A DNA stretch of 64,000 nt, taken from NCBI GenBank assembly GCA_964016885.1, contig OZ024740.1:51522001-51586000 (forward strand). The letters are read 5' to 3'. The position numbers were made by a program, and so were the translations under genes. The first letter of the stretch is position 1. Each line of letters begins with the position of its first letter. Positions 13,390 through 27,439 of this stretch are shown one piece after another. This DNA comes from Eledone cirrhosa (lineage: Eukaryota). The notes under the pieces are model-generated. The model made no database searches and was not told where the DNA came from. It saw only the letters and a list, made by a program, of their open reading frames with translations.

Positions 13390-13990
13390 TCATCATGATC
13401 ATCACTGTTTTACATCCATTCTTCCACACTAGCATGGGTTAGATGGGTTGTCCTGTTGTGGCAATGCCAGGTCAGGTGACTATGTCTTGCTCACACAGAC
13501 CTGATTTTGGCTTGATTTCTACAGCTGGATGCCCTTCCTAACACCAACCTCATTTACAGTGAGTACTGGGTGCCTTTTTACCGTGGCGCCTACACGACCA
13601 CTTTACAGTGTGGGCTGAGTGCTTTTTTGTTGTGACACCTCCACAACCACTTTGCAGGGGAGGGTGTGGGGGCATACTGTCTATATGCTTCAGCTTGTAC
13701 CCGTGGGAAGTCGGGTCTTCTGTATTACTGCATAATGCCAGAGGTCTCGATCTTGTGTTATTGCCTTTGAGAGGTGTAATTGGGCAAGGTCAGTTTTTAT
13801 CACCTCATCCCAGGACTTCTTGAGTCTCCCTGCTCCAAGGCTTCCATCGACTTTTAGTGCTTTGCACCTTTTTATGCATCACATGTCCATACCAATGCAA
13901 TTTCCTCTCCTGCACACAGCATTTGATTCTTCTTATGCTTTGTCTCTCTCTCAATTCGTTTATGCTTTGCTGTTCATATATATTACTACC
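13390..13990 (-). mobile_element. RTE-A 3' fragment
   Basis: Similar to 19990..20620 and 25475..26098. Confidence 0.85.
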
Positions 13991-14060
13991 TATTTATGTA
14001 TATTCTCACATTTCTACATATATTTTTCATTTTTACCTTCATCTGTCTCTCTTCAAGCAG

Positions 14061-14237
14061 GAGAAGACTTCAAGTGAAGGAAATCTATTGTCCTCCGGAG
14101 ATGGAGAAAAATCAACAGATTATTTGAAAACAACCCCAAAACATCAAAAGCAACCAATCCATGTTATATCCTCTATTTTTGCTGTCTCATACATACTGCT
14201 GCAGTTATTCTTGCCATTCTCTCATTTCATTACAAAG
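14061..14237 (+). CDS. GGCX: GGCX internal exon (alternative start 14058)
   Basis: EKTSSEG..IFAVSYILLQLFLPFSHFITK|gttagt matches GGCX QLFLPYSHFLTQ; 177 nt, phase 0/0. Confidence 0.92.
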
Positions 14238-14932
14238 GTTAGTAATCTGCAGTAAAACTAGTTAACCCTTACACAAGTACTGTTTATCTCTCAGTATTCT
14301 CTTCTTAAGTATCTGTAACACCTGATGGAGTCATAGAGTGCTGTTGCAACATACAGTATTTCTTGGGTATTTTTTAAAACCTAGTGGAGCTCATTTGCTC
14401 TCCAGATTTAAACAGCTGATTTCTTCCGGAAAGGAGAGGGAGTGGTTGAAAGAAAGCGAGAAAGAGATATAAAGGAAGAATCAACTCCTCTACTGAATGG
14501 TACTTTTTTATCGCCCTCAAAAGGATGAAAGGCAAAGTTGACCTCGGTGGGATTTGAACTGAGAGCGGAGAGCCGGAATAAATACCACAAAGCATTCAAT
14601 CTGACATTCTGACAATTTTGCCATTATCATCGTTTAACATCCATCTTCCATGCTAGTATGGGTTAGATGGGATATATACACATGTGTGTATGTATGGGCT
14701 TGTAATTCCTGATGGAGTCATAGCAATGCTGTAGTGACATACAGTGTTTCTTGGGTATTTTTATTTGAACTTGGTGAAGCTCATCTCCTCTCCAGGTCTG
14801 AACACAAATGATTTCTTCCAGAGAAGGATAGAGAGTGGGACACTTTTCATCAAAACCGACAAAGGCGCAAAGTCGGAAAAAATACCGCAAACCATTCTAT
14901 CCAACATTCTAACAACTCTGCCAATGTATATA

Positions 14933-16437
14933 CCGTATATACTCGCGGATAGGTCGCACACCCACTTTTCATTTAACAAATAGGCTATTTGCCATTGACT
15001 CGCAGATAGGTCGCACTGAAATTTGGGCCGTCAAACTACTATTTTTATGATAATTGAAACTTATAATCTGTTAGCTTTCCATTACTTCGCCGTTGCGATA
15101 TATACTCCAAACCATGTTTTATTTATAAACGTTATCGAAATCTCGTCAATTCGAGATTACTGCGAGATAAAGCCTTTAAGCGCGAAAATTAACTCTTAAT
15201 ATAATGAAACAACTTGAAATAACACGTGTTTTTTAACGTTGAAAGTATAACAGATTTTTTGCATATCAACATGGCTTCCCAAAATAGTGAATACCGACAT
15301 GCGATGGCATTCAAAATGAAAAAGAAATACAAGATAATATTAGTGATTTATCTTCAAATGAATCAGACGTATTTATTTCTGACGATGATAGTTACTTTGA
15401 AAGTGAAAGCGAAGATCTGACGGACACCATTGAAAATATGTTGTCTGGCATGTCAAAGTAAATGAGTGTTTCATCCATGTTGGCTATATTCTCCATGGCA
15501 AAATCAAACATTTTTCTTTCCTTTAACACAAATTTTACAAAATTGTGTACATCAATATCTTTTGGCAGCTTTTGTGCAATATGTGTCTTTTGGCAAAGAG
15601 TCAGTCCAAACCTATTCATAAACCTGGTGCACCACCCTGCTGGCGATTTAAATTGGGATAAGTGGTACTTTGGTGCAAGTTGAAGGGCTTTCGTTCTTAT
15701 AGAAAGTCTTGTAACAATGTGTCCATTTTTCCTGATATCTAAAACCCAATCATTTAGCTCTTTTTCAAGATCTTAATATGGTGATACTCCAAACCTTGCT
15801 GCTCTCTTTGATTTAGGCATTTCTCCCAGCTTGTCTTTTTGTTTCCACCAACCTCTCACCACCTTTTCTGACACTCCAAACTCCCTTTCTGCTGATCTAT
15901 TTCCAAATTCTTCTGCGTAACCAACCACATTTAACTTGAAAACTGTTTGATAACTTTTTCTCTTACTGGAATTCATATTTCTCAGTGAATTATAAAAAAA
16001 ATTTCAACTATCAACTTTTCTCACTTGCTAATTTTGAAAAGAAGCCACATGCAATAATCTGTTTCCTGTTAAAGTAAATACGTCACAATACGTGTTCATA
16101 GCAACGCTAAGACAATGAAATCACATTTTAAATACCGGGTATGCATTTCTATGGATTTTAATGACGGATGGTTCGGTGGTCAGATAGAAAAAAACGTAAA
16201 CACTACAAAGTTTTAGTAAAAAATTTAAAATCAAGAAATATATGTATAAGAAGGTAGATATATGAAATTATTATGTTAAATAATAAAAAATATTAAAGTT
16301 ATTTTTATAAATACCCATCGTTGATTAAGTCTATGAAAAATCATTGGTCAGTCTGATGTCGATCGGATAGGTCGCACCCCCAAAATTTATACTTATTTAT
16401 CGTTAAAAAAGTGCGACCTATACGCGAGTATATACGG
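14933..16437 (-). mobile_element. Internally deleted pogo-superfamily (POGK/Passer-like) DNA transposon
   Basis: TIRs CCGTATATACTCGCG..AGGTCGCAC at both ends, TA TSD; Brinker-type DNA-binding domain (15773..15976), CENP-B-like HTH remnant, IANMDET start of the DDE domain. Confidence 0.9.
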
Positions 16438-17227
16438 TACCTTTATACTTTTATACAAAAAAAGAGAGTTATTCTTGCTATAAAATATTTTTCCAAGTGA
16501 ATACAAAGTTTTGTATTTTCAACTTTGTTAGGTCTCATAAACTTCAATGTACGTAAGGTCATATGTTCTCAGGTCCGATGTGGAATTTTTGGCATGTTTA
16601 ACTTACAATATCCCCAGGTCAACCCATACCTTTTGCGTGAAATTGGGTAGACAGAAACTATTTGGAAGTACCTGTAATTCATAGGGTCAGCCTTGTCACA
16701 CACTGAGTCACACTGAATTATTATCATCATCATCATCATTGTTTAATGTCCACTTTCCCTGCTAGCAAGAGTCAGATGTGTCTTCATAGACTTAGTACTA
16801 AAGCAAGGCTCCTGATTTCCAAAACAGTCCGGAGGTTCACATCTTGATTACATACTGTTCCACATTCAACCAAGTGCATTTTATTATGGCACCAGCTCTA
16901 GAGAGGTTGTCTTGTCTTTGAGTCTCCCTAAGATTTACATTAAGTGTACATGTGTCAGTGGAATGATCAATCACATTAATTTTGTTAGTAGACTGTTCCG
17001 TTAACTAAAACACTCACCATGAAAAATGACATAGGGTCATTCCTTTCTGACATTGATATATATCTTAATATCAGTATTTTATTTAAATATAATCATAAAG
17101 ACATATTAACATAAAATTATATAAACTGAACCTTGTATCGTGTACAGTAAATATGAACTCACAACCTATGAGACTAAAGAATGAGTAAACACGTTTTCTT
17201 AACTGTCATTTATTTTTCTGTTGGTAG

Positions 17228-17359
17228 GGTTATAATAATTGGACATCTGGCCTCTATGGTTACTCCTGGGACATGATGGTACATAGGTGGAACACACAGC
17301 ATCTTCAAATTATGTATGTTGAACGAGACACTGGGGAAACAGGATTTATTGAACCAACA
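17228..17359 (+). CDS. GGCX: GGCX exon carrying the glutamate-substrate-binding motif (human exon 9 equivalent)
   Basis: [19 protein letters not shown]; 132 nt; tag| and |gtgagt. Confidence 0.97.
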
Positions 17360-17800
17360 GTGAGTATATATTTGTTTACTATTTGTTTTTGTTGGTATTT
17401 TCTTTTCTTTTTTTAACTAGGTAAGTTAAAGGCAAGGAGTAGGAAGCTGTCATTCCCTGACGTTATCTCTAGGGATACGGGAATCAGTAGACGGGACCTG
17501 GGGGCAGCGATGGGGGACAGGGAATTCTGGGGCATGAGTGTGAGATCCATCATCTCGACAGTAGTCGACGAATGATGATGATGATGAAGGCATGATATCT
17601 TACTGCTAGATAAGAGGATAAGAGGCACTGTTTGAAGAGTTTCAGTAAGTTAGCAATACACGTTTTTCCATCCCTAAGAGTATTTTAGCTAATTTTTCTA
17701 AAGCTATTGCTATTTATAGCAACTGACTGTTGTTGCAGTCCAAACACCTCAATAAATCATCCAAGCACCTCAATAAATCAATCTATCTAATTTCTCATTC

Positions 17801-17840
17801 TTTGTTCTGATGAAGGACTAGTGTCCGAAACGTTAAGACC
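17801..17840 (+). ncRNA. Minimal type I hammerhead ribozyme candidate (Penelope-type)
   Basis: CTGATGA-A-GGAC(TAGT)GTCC-GAAA-CG-TT; palindromic AACGTT helix III; weak helix I. Confidence 0.6.
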
Positions 17841-17939
17841 CTGTTCCTGGTATTTCAAGCATTAATCTAATATATTCCTTCCATATACTGTACCGATTGT
17901 TGTTATTTCTGTTTACCTTTTAAATATATATATATATAA

Positions 17940-18652
17940 GCTTCGTTGGATGTGTAATAGTAATATAAGCGACGAACGGCAAAGCATAAATGAACTAAGT
18001 GAGAAATTAGGAATAAGAGGGATCAGATGCTGTTTACTTGAGAGAAGACTACGTTGGTATGGTTACGTGATGCGCATGAAAGACGACAGCTGTATAAAAA
18101 AGTGCAGGGTGATAAAAATAGACGGTAGCTATGGAGTAGGCAGACCCAGAAAAATCTGGGACGACTTGATAAATTCCGACCTCACACACTTACACCTCTC
18201 CAAGACAATGTCACTGGACCGAGATCTTTGGCGCTACGTAGTAATACAGAAGACCCATCTTGCCTAAGTACAAAGTGAAACCTACAGTGAGTAGGCACCT
18301 CTTAACCAAAATACACCCCCATCTCACTACCCCTACCCCACCACCATCTACACCACCCCTTTCGATGTAAAGTTATGTTGGTACCACAACATCCAGTCCT
18401 AAATAAATGACGTCGTGTAGGTGTCACGACAAAAAAAACACACAGTCCACGCTGTAATGTGGCCGTGTAGGTAACAGGGTAAAAACCTCTCAGTGCACAC
18501 TGTAAACGTAGTTGGTGTTAGGAAGGGCATCCAGCCATAGAAAACCCGCCAGACAGTCCTGAGCAAGACAACCAATCTTGTCTCAAGTGGGACAATTCCC
18601 GTCCAGACCCATGCTAGCGTGGAAGATGGACGTTAAACAATGATGATGATGA
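17940..18652 (+). mobile_element. RTE-B 3' fragment
   Basis: RRLRWYGYVMRM..GRPRKIW, 3' UTR, (GAT)n tail. Confidence 0.9.
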
Positions 18653-18846
18653 TATATATATATAATATATATATAACCATCCAACTCATGCAAGCATGGA
18701 AAATGGATAAATTGATGATGATATATATATATATATACACACAAATTTAAGATATGAAAACATACCAGTTATGCTTGATATTTGTGCTTCTCAATAAAAA
18801 AAACTCTATAGACGTTTGTCCAGAGCAGTAATAATTCAAATTAAAA

Positions 18847-18898
<52 letters not shown>

Positions 18899-19639
18899 AA
18901 GAACCATGTATCTCATGAGAATAGTACATATTTTTCTTTGTAATATGTGCTTTGTAAATATACAATATACTGTGTATTCTCATGAGATATGGTTCTTTCT
19001 CCCTCTATATATTTTAATTTGAATTATATATATATATAACCAAATAAATAGATATATGTGGATATATATAGAGAGAAAGAGCCATATATCGCACAAGAAA
19101 ATTGTCTATTGAGCTTGCTTATTGAGAAACACAATATTCTAAACATATTTCATGTTTTGATTCATTATTTAAGTGTATATATATATTCAAAAGTAGCTGG
19201 ATTATAGGAAATATTCACTATAATCCCATTTGCTCACATTACTCACTCAATCAGATAGGGTTCGAACACATAAGTGAGCAAACCTGTCCCAGAGTACTAA
19301 CAAAATGTATATCAGTAATGGCGCAGTTGTACATGGTAGTCTGGCCCCTGGGGTTTCTGCAAGTACAGACTACACTGACAAATGCGATTTGTAGTTTGCC
19401 AATCACAGTGGCAGCATTGGACATCTATGTATACCATTTCTGTATTGCAAAATAAGTAGATGTAACTAAAATAGCGAGTGTGTGTGCAAAGTAGTCTGTC
19501 CATTCCATGTGTCGAGAAATTACTACTACATTGACCAAGGCCATTGGCAGCAAGTCATGATGTCACGTGTGGAAAGATGACTCGTTGTTCACCTACGGAC
19601 TGAGTTATCGGCAAATCTGAAATATATATATATATATAT

Positions 19640-19982
19640 ATCATCATCATCATCATTTCATTTTACGTCCGCTTTTTCCCTGCTTGCAAGGGTGGGACGG
19701 GAACTAATTCTGGCTTGATTTCTACAGCTGGATGCCCTTCCTAACACCAACCTCATTTACAGTGAGTGCTGGGTGCTTTTTTGCCGTGGCACCTCCACAA
19801 CCACTTTGCAGTGGAATGATAGGGACCCCAGTCCCTATCATCTCATTTCTACAGCTGACTAAACTGGAGCATTGTGAAATAAAGTGTCTTACTCAAGGAA
19901 ACAACACATCACCCGGTCTGAGAATTGAACTCACAACCATTCGATTGCAAGACCAATGCTCTAACCACTAAGCCATGTGCCT
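19640..19982 (-). mobile_element. CORE-type SINE with RTE tail
   Basis: Reverse complement of 9325..9663. Confidence 0.85.
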
Positions 19983-20002
19983 CCATCATCATGATATATA
20001 TA

Positions 20003-22146
20003 TCATCATCATCATCACCGTTTTACGTCCGTTCTTCCATGCTAGCATTGGTTAGACGGGTTGTCTTGTGGGCAGTGTCTGGTCGGCTAACCATGCCTTG
20101 CTCATACAGGAACTGATTTTGGCTTGATTTCTACAGCTGGATGCCCTTCCTAACACCAACAGTGAGTGCTGGGTGCTTTTTCCATGGCGCCTACACGTCC
20201 ACTTTGCAGTGTGGGCTGGGTGCTTTTTTGCCGTGGCACCTCCACGACCACCTTGCAGTGGGAGGGTGTGGGGGCATATTGTCTATATGCTTCAGCTTGT
20301 ACCCATGGGAGGTCGGGTACTCTGTATTACTGCGTGACGCCAGAGGTCACGGTCGTGTGTCATCGCCTTTGAGAGGTGTAATTGGGTAAGATCGGCTTTT
20401 ATCACCTCATCCCAGGTCTTCTTGGGTCTCCCCACTCCGCGGTTTCCATTGACTTCTAGTGCTCTGCACCTTTTTATGCAGCTGTCATCCTTCATTACGC
20501 ATCACATGTCCATACCAACGCAACCGCCTCTCCTGCACACAGCATTTGATTCCTCTTATGCTCAGTCTCTCTCTCAATTCATTTATGCTTTGCCGTTCGC
20601 GTATATTACTATTACACATCCATCGGAGCATGCAGGCTTCGTTTCTTTCTAATCTACGTAAGTCTTCCACCTTCAGCGCCCAGGTCTCACTACCATGTAA
20701 CATTGCTGCTTGGATACACGCATCATACAGTCTGCCTTTCATTTTGAGGGAGAAGCCTTTTGCAGCTAGCAGTGGCAGTAGTTTCCTGAACTTCTTTCAT
20801 CCTGTTCTTACCCTAGTTATTGTACTTTCTGAACACCCACCTCTGCTGCTAATTCGGTCGCCTAGGTAGCAGAAGCTGTCTACTGTTTCTACAGAACCCT
20901 CCCAGAGATTTTTGGTACTTGTTTCCTGTAGCTGTTTGCTGCTTGCTGTCCCAGCACAGCTGCTGCATGTGAAGCCTACATTCTTAATTAAGCTTCCTGA
21001 GATCCCGCTACATCTCTTGTGTACCCATTGTTTGCATTTGGGGCAGAGAATGGAGTTCCTACCTACACCTTTCCTACATACTGAGCAAGGCCATTTCCCT
21101 GAGGGGATCTGGGTTCTGTTTGCTCGTCTACTTACAAGGACCTTAGTCTTTGTCATGTTGACTTTGAGACCCTTTGTTTCTACTCCCTGCTTCCAAGTTT
21201 GGAATTGCTTCTCTAGTTCTACCATAGATTCAGCTATAAGTGTGAGGTCATCAGCATACAGGAGTTCCCATGGGCATCCGGTCTTAAACTCCTCCGTTAT
21301 TGCCTGCAGGACTATGATGAACAGGAGAGGACTAAGAACAGAGCCCTGGTGGACACCAACCTGTACACTAAATTCCTCGCTATACTCATTGCTAATCCTA
21401 ACTTTGCTGACTGCTCCCCTATACATGGCTTGTACAGCTTTCACAAGCCATTCATCTACTCCTAGTTTTCTAAGAGCCCACCAGATTACAGCATGTGGAA
21501 CTCTGTCAAAGGCTTTCTCGAGATCGACGAATGCCAGGTAGAGTGGCTTACTTTTAGCTAGGTACTTTTCCTGTAACTGCCTCACAAGGAAGAGGGCATC
21601 AGTGGTGCCTCTTCCTGGTACAAACCCAAATTGCATCTCATCTAGTTTCACCCGGTCCCTAATCAACTGTGCTATAACTCTTTCTGTTAGTTTCATGACC
21701 TGGTCCATCAGCTTTATACCTCTATCTAGTGCATCACATTTACCTTTGTAGCAGTTGACAATGATGCTACTGCACCAATCCTTTGGTATTACCTGGTTAA
21801 CAATACGTGTGGTTATAGTGTGACCTACAGACCCAGATGCCTTCAGCATCTCGGCAGCTATACCAGATGGACCGGTTGCCTTCCCCATCTTCATATCTTT
21901 GATTGCCTTACTTACTACGCTGCTGCTGACTTGTACTGCTGGCCCCTCTATAGGGTCTACTTGGGGTAGGGTCTCTTCTTCCCATGCATTCTCCTCATTT
22001 AGTAATCTATCATAATGGCTCTTCCATGCATGTTTCTTCTCAGCACTTGTGAGGGCAAGCTCACCTTTATCATTCCAGATACACTTCTCTCCAATGACAT
22101 CACAATTCTCTCTGACACACTGCCTCACAATCTTGAACACCTCCTG
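20003..22146 (-). mobile_element. RTE-A LINE, 5'-truncated
   Basis: ORF 20797..22290 with RT motifs (QFGF, DLEKAFD, QGSVLSP, YADD); 3' UTR and (GAT)n tail; abuts (CA)n. Confidence 0.95.
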
Positions 22147-22217
<71 letters not shown>

Positions 22218-22556
22218 ACACACACACACATACACATATGTATGTTTGCCAAAGACAAACAAAAATAACAAAGCAAATGACACAGTACAATGAAGAAATA
22301 TATTATTAATTATATGCTTTGTATATAGTGTGGAACGGGCACATTTTTTTACGTATCACCAGCATGACCACCTTACAGAGTGAACTGTGTTTTTTTCTTG
22401 TGTCATCAACATGACAACCTTCCAGGGTGGATTGGGTGCTCTTATTGTAGCACTAGATCACCATACAGGAGTGATTTTGAGCTTCTTTTGTCATGGCAGC
22501 AGCATTGTGGGAGATCAAATGAGGAGCATATCTTCAAGACGGTCACCTGAACTGAC

Positions 22557-24910
22557 TTGTCTCACTTACTTACTGCTGAGGAACCTTTAGGTTACTCTGG
22601 TAATGCTATGATCATTGCCAATCTATTCCTCATGGGCAGTAACAAAAACCACAACCATCTCCAAACTGCTCACTTTGACTGGAATAAAGCAGACTGGAAC
22701 TGTTACTGCACCGAGTTGCAACGGCCAAACTGGCTTGAGTTCTACGACTCTGGAGATGTCAACACTGTACTCCAGAATATCCTGAGCTCAATATGGACAG
22801 CATGTGCAGCATCGGTGCCACGTAAGTGGAAAAAACATCCCAAAAGTGCAATTTGGGAGACTGCAGCAGTCCGTCTTGCCAGAAAAGAACGGCGCAATGC
22901 TGAACGTGAGTACAAACTTCACAAATCAGACATTAATAGGAAGAGGCGAAATAGATCATCCAACCACCTCAAGCAGGTGACAAAAAAGGCAGTGCTTCAA
23001 TTTGAGTAGCGCATAGCAACCAGCCCTGACAGTAAGGTGTTCTGGAAGTATGTTCACTCAAAGCAGAGGCCTCACTCTCCAGTTGGTCCTCTTCGCAATC
23101 CCCACACAAGCCAGGTTACTGACGACTCCAAGGAATGCGCAGAGTTCATTGCTGAATGCTATGCAGGCATTTTCACTATTGAAGACCAGAGTGTACCATC
23201 TCCACCACCTATGACACCGGACTCTATTACAACCATGGAATTTACACTTGCAATGCTGCGACGTCACCTAAAAAATAAACGCAACCATGCTTCTCCTGGT
23301 CTTGATAGTGTTACGTACCTGCTACTTAAACGTGGTGGGTACTTCCTTCTGCACCAGTTATCATGCTTCTTCCAATTCTGTCTGAACAACAGTGCTACTC
23401 CAGAACAGTCGAAAATTGCCAGTGTCATTCCTCTGTTCAAAAAGGGTGACCGCACATCACCTGTGAACTATCGTCCAGTCAGTCTTACTAGTTGCATTGC
23501 CAAACTGATGGAATCCTGTGTCAGAGAAACACTTTGGAACTTCTGGAACTCTCACAGTCTTATCCGGCCCTCACAATTTGGATTTATCCCCAACTCCAGC
23601 TGCTGTGATCAACTTATCGAGTTTCTTGAGGACATCACCCGGATCACTGATGGCGGCTCATGGGTGGATGTTGTTTACCTTGACTTTGCGAAAGCTTTCA
23701 ATTCTGTGCCACACAAAAGGCTTATGGCATAACTCTCTGCAATGGGTGTGAAGGATGATCTTTTTAACTGGTTGAAGTCCTTCATTCTCAGTCGAAGAGA
23801 GGTAGTCACGGTTCTGAGACAGCATTCCTCACCATATGAGATGTCATCTGGTGTACCACAGGGATCTGTTCTTGGCCCCTTTTGTTTGTGGCATATATTA
23901 ATGACATAGATGCCAACTTAAAGAATGCCACAGTACTAAAGTACGCAGACGACATCAAGCTATACTTTGAGATAAAAAGGACAGATCCTGAACACTATAG
24001 ATCTTGCTTGCAGTCTGACCTGGACACAATGCAACAATGGATCTCAGACTGGCAACTCAAGCTAGCTGTGGACAAGTGCACCACCATGCATTTTGGGAGT
24101 AAAAACCCAGCGTCCACATACTCCCTCCACAGCACTAATATCAAGAAGTCTTCTTGTGAATGTGACCTGGGCATTACGGTCAGCAGCGATTTGCGTTGGA
24201 TGAAGCACGTCTCTAAAATTGTCAAGAGGGCTGAGGGTATCTTAGCATCACTCAGCAAGACCTTTGTCAGCTGCTCTCCAGCTATCTATTTAAGGCTGTA
24301 CATGACTATGGTACAGCCACACTTAGAATTCGCATCACCAGTCTGGAACCCCTATCTTGCTCAGAACATTGACCGCCTGGAAACTGTTCAGAGACGCGCA
24401 ACCAAGCGAATACCCTCCATCAGGCATCTACCATACTCTGAATGCCTTGCTTCCCTGGGCATGGATACATTGAAGCTCCAATGTTTGGCAACTGACTTGG
24501 TAAACACCCACAAAATTATTAACCATCTTGCCAACAACAACCCTGAGTACCTTTCTGATTTCCATGTGTCTAACACACGTGGACATGTCCACAAAGTCAG
24601 AAAACAGCACAGTTCCCATGACTTTCGGAAACATTTTTTCACGCTCAGAGTTGCTGAAGCATGGAACAAACTACCTGCATCAGTTGTTAGCTGTCGAGAC
24701 ACTGCATCCTTTAAAACCTCCATGCTTCCCGAGATTCGCCAACACTACACCTAATATTCCCCCTCCATACACACAAACACATGTATATCATGACTCACAC
24801 TATTCACTTCCCTGACATTTGTATATTATTCTATGTACTATACATGCACCTTTGATGAGTTGTAGTGCATCTGAGCACTTTACACAATAATTTCATTATT
24901 ATTATTATTA
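22557..24910 (+). mobile_element. CR1-like LINE, 5'-truncated ORF2
   Basis: NYRPVSLTS, YLDFAKAFNSVPH, GVPQGSVLGP, KYADD, C-terminal FFTLRVAEAWNKLP; (ATT)n tail; stops at ~23007 and ~23730, frameshift at ~23880. Confidence 0.92.
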
Positions 24911-24993
24911 TTTATAATTTCATTATTATAATGGGACAACCCGCATAACCCATGCAAGCATAGAAATAGTGACATTAAACATTAGTGACAATG

Positions 24994-25031
<38 letters not shown>

Positions 25032-25294
25032 TGTGTGTGTGTGTGTGTTTGTTAGTTAAGTGTGTAACTGCATTTGCAGGCAGCACGCTGTTTGAAGCAC
25101 TCAATGCTGCTATGAGGTCCGGCTTGTTTGGGTTGTATTCCTTTGCACATATAAACTCCCATATCTGACAAGATTGCGAAAAAGTGTTTGGCGTCATCAT
25201 CTTGATTGTACCCAGAGCTGATTGCTGAAACAATTGTAATATGCCAATAAAGTTTGTACTTATGCTGTAACACTGACTTCAATTCTTCTGTACA

Positions 25295-25369
<75 letters not shown>

Positions 25370-25474
25370 GAATGTATATATATATATATTAAAAATAGTT
25401 GGAGCCCAAAGGCTGAGTTCTTGCCATTTGGACAGCTAATTCCAGCTAGAATTAGTTGTTGGTTTTCACTTTAA

Positions 25475-26098
25475 TCATCATCATCATCATCATCACCGTT
25501 TTACGTCCGTTCTTCCACGCTAGCATGGGTTAGACGGGTTGTCCTGTTGTGGGCAGTGTCTGGTCGGCTGACCATGCCTTGCTCATACAGGAACTGATCT
25601 GGCTTGAATTCTACAGCTGGATGCCCTTCCTAACACCAACCTCATTTACAGTGAGTGCTGGGTGCTTTTTCGTGGCGCCTACACGTCCACTTTACAGTGT
25701 GGGCTGGGTGCTTTTTTGCCGTGGCACCTCCACGACCACCTTGCGGTGGGGGGGGGGGGGGCATATTGTTTATATGCTTCAGCATGTACCCATGGGAGGT
25801 CGGGTACCCTGTATTACTGCGTGACGCCAGAAGTCACGGTCGTGTGTCATTGACTTTGAGAGGTGTAGTTGGGTAAGGTCGGCTTTTATCACCTCATCCC
25901 AAGTCATCTTGGGTCTCCCCACTCCGCGGTTTCCATCAACTTCTAGTGCTCTGCACCTTTTTATGCAGCTGTCATCCTTCATACGCATCACATGTCCATA
26001 CCAGCGTAACCGCCTCTCCTGCACGCAGCATTTGATTCCTCTTATGCTCAGTCTCTCTCTCAATTCATTTATGCTTTGTCGTTCACGTATATTACTGT
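25475..26098 (-). mobile_element. RTE-A 3' fragment
   Basis: ERRLRWYGHVMRM, 3' UTR, tail. Confidence 0.9.
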
Positions 26099-26740
26099 TA
26101 ATCTATTATAAATTTCTGGTTGATTGGTTCAATAACTGGGTGGTTGTTTATATATTGTCAAAGCTCTTTTGTCACATTCTGTAACCTACTCAGTGACTGA
26201 TTTCTTATTTTTTGTTATTTATTTTTTATTTTCTGTCTCTCCTTCCTTCTGTCCTACTCCATCTTGTTTTTATGTGTTTTTATTGGCAGCATGACCCTCC
26301 CAAAGTATAACAATATCTGTTTCTGCACATGTTTTCAGACAAGAAATCTTGCAAAACAAATTAAAAAACGAAGTATATATATATATATATATGAAAACAG
26401 GGAGAAAAAGATGATTATTAGGAAGAAAAATATATTTTTTTCCTTTTTATTTTTCTCTCTCTTTTTTCTCGGTTAGAAAATGATTAAAACGAAATATTTT
26501 ACTTTGTGTGAAGTGTTAAGGTATTAGTTGATTTATTTATTAATTAACAATGGCATTTATTTATTACAACAGCTGGAATACACATTCTTACTCACACACA
26601 CACATATATATATATATATAAAGTAAAATATTTTGTTTTAATCATTTTCTAACCCAGAAAAAAGAGAGAGAAAAATAAAAAGGAAAAAAATATACAACAG
26701 CTGTAATTTTTATGTAGTCACTACTGTTATTGTATTGCAG

Positions 26741-26895
26741 GCTTTTGCCAGAAATAGTAGGAGGTGGCCACTTCATTCCGATATGATAAAGCAATATGCG
26801 TTATGTATTGAAAACAAGCTTGAAAAACTAGGCCTAAAGAATATTGAACTCTATTTTGATGTTTGGGTTTCTTTAACACAGCGTTTTCAGCAACG
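26741..26895 (+). CDS. GGCX: GGCX exon (human exon 10 equivalent)
   Basis: AFARNSRRWPLHSDMIKQYALCIE..YFDVWVSLTQRFQQR; tgcag| and |gtaag. Confidence 0.96.
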
Positions 26896-27439
26896 GTAAG
26901 TTGTGATGCACATTTGGAATATTGTTTATCTATGTCTGCTCCTTCTCATTAGTGTAAGTGTACATTCATATATTTTTGACTGTTCCAGTAATAAATTCAT
27001 ATCACATTGTGCTATGGGTTTATTACTAGTTCTTCTTGACCTTCTTAATCTACAATCTGCCTCCTCCTGGTTGTTATTTTAAACAAAAAATGCATTGAAA
27101 GTAAGGGAGAGGGAGGGAAATGAAAAAAGACAAAACAATTATGATAGTGAAATAATAGGTGATTTTGTTGTTATTCTCTGAAAGGGGGTTTTGGTGATTA
27201 TGTAGGTAGGTGTTGTTAGTGTTCTTGTTCCCACCTGCTGTGCTTGCTTCCTAACTTTTCTGCAGGGTTGTTGATTATATTGCCTGTAGTAGTTATTTTT
27301 GTTATTTAAAACTAAGACCCAGAAAAGTAAGAGAGAGAGAGGGAGATGATAAATAAACAGTTGTAATCTGCCTCCCAACCCATCAGTGTTTCCCTCAAAC
27401 GTCACCTCTGGATATGTGAGCTTCACAAAAACTGCTGCG

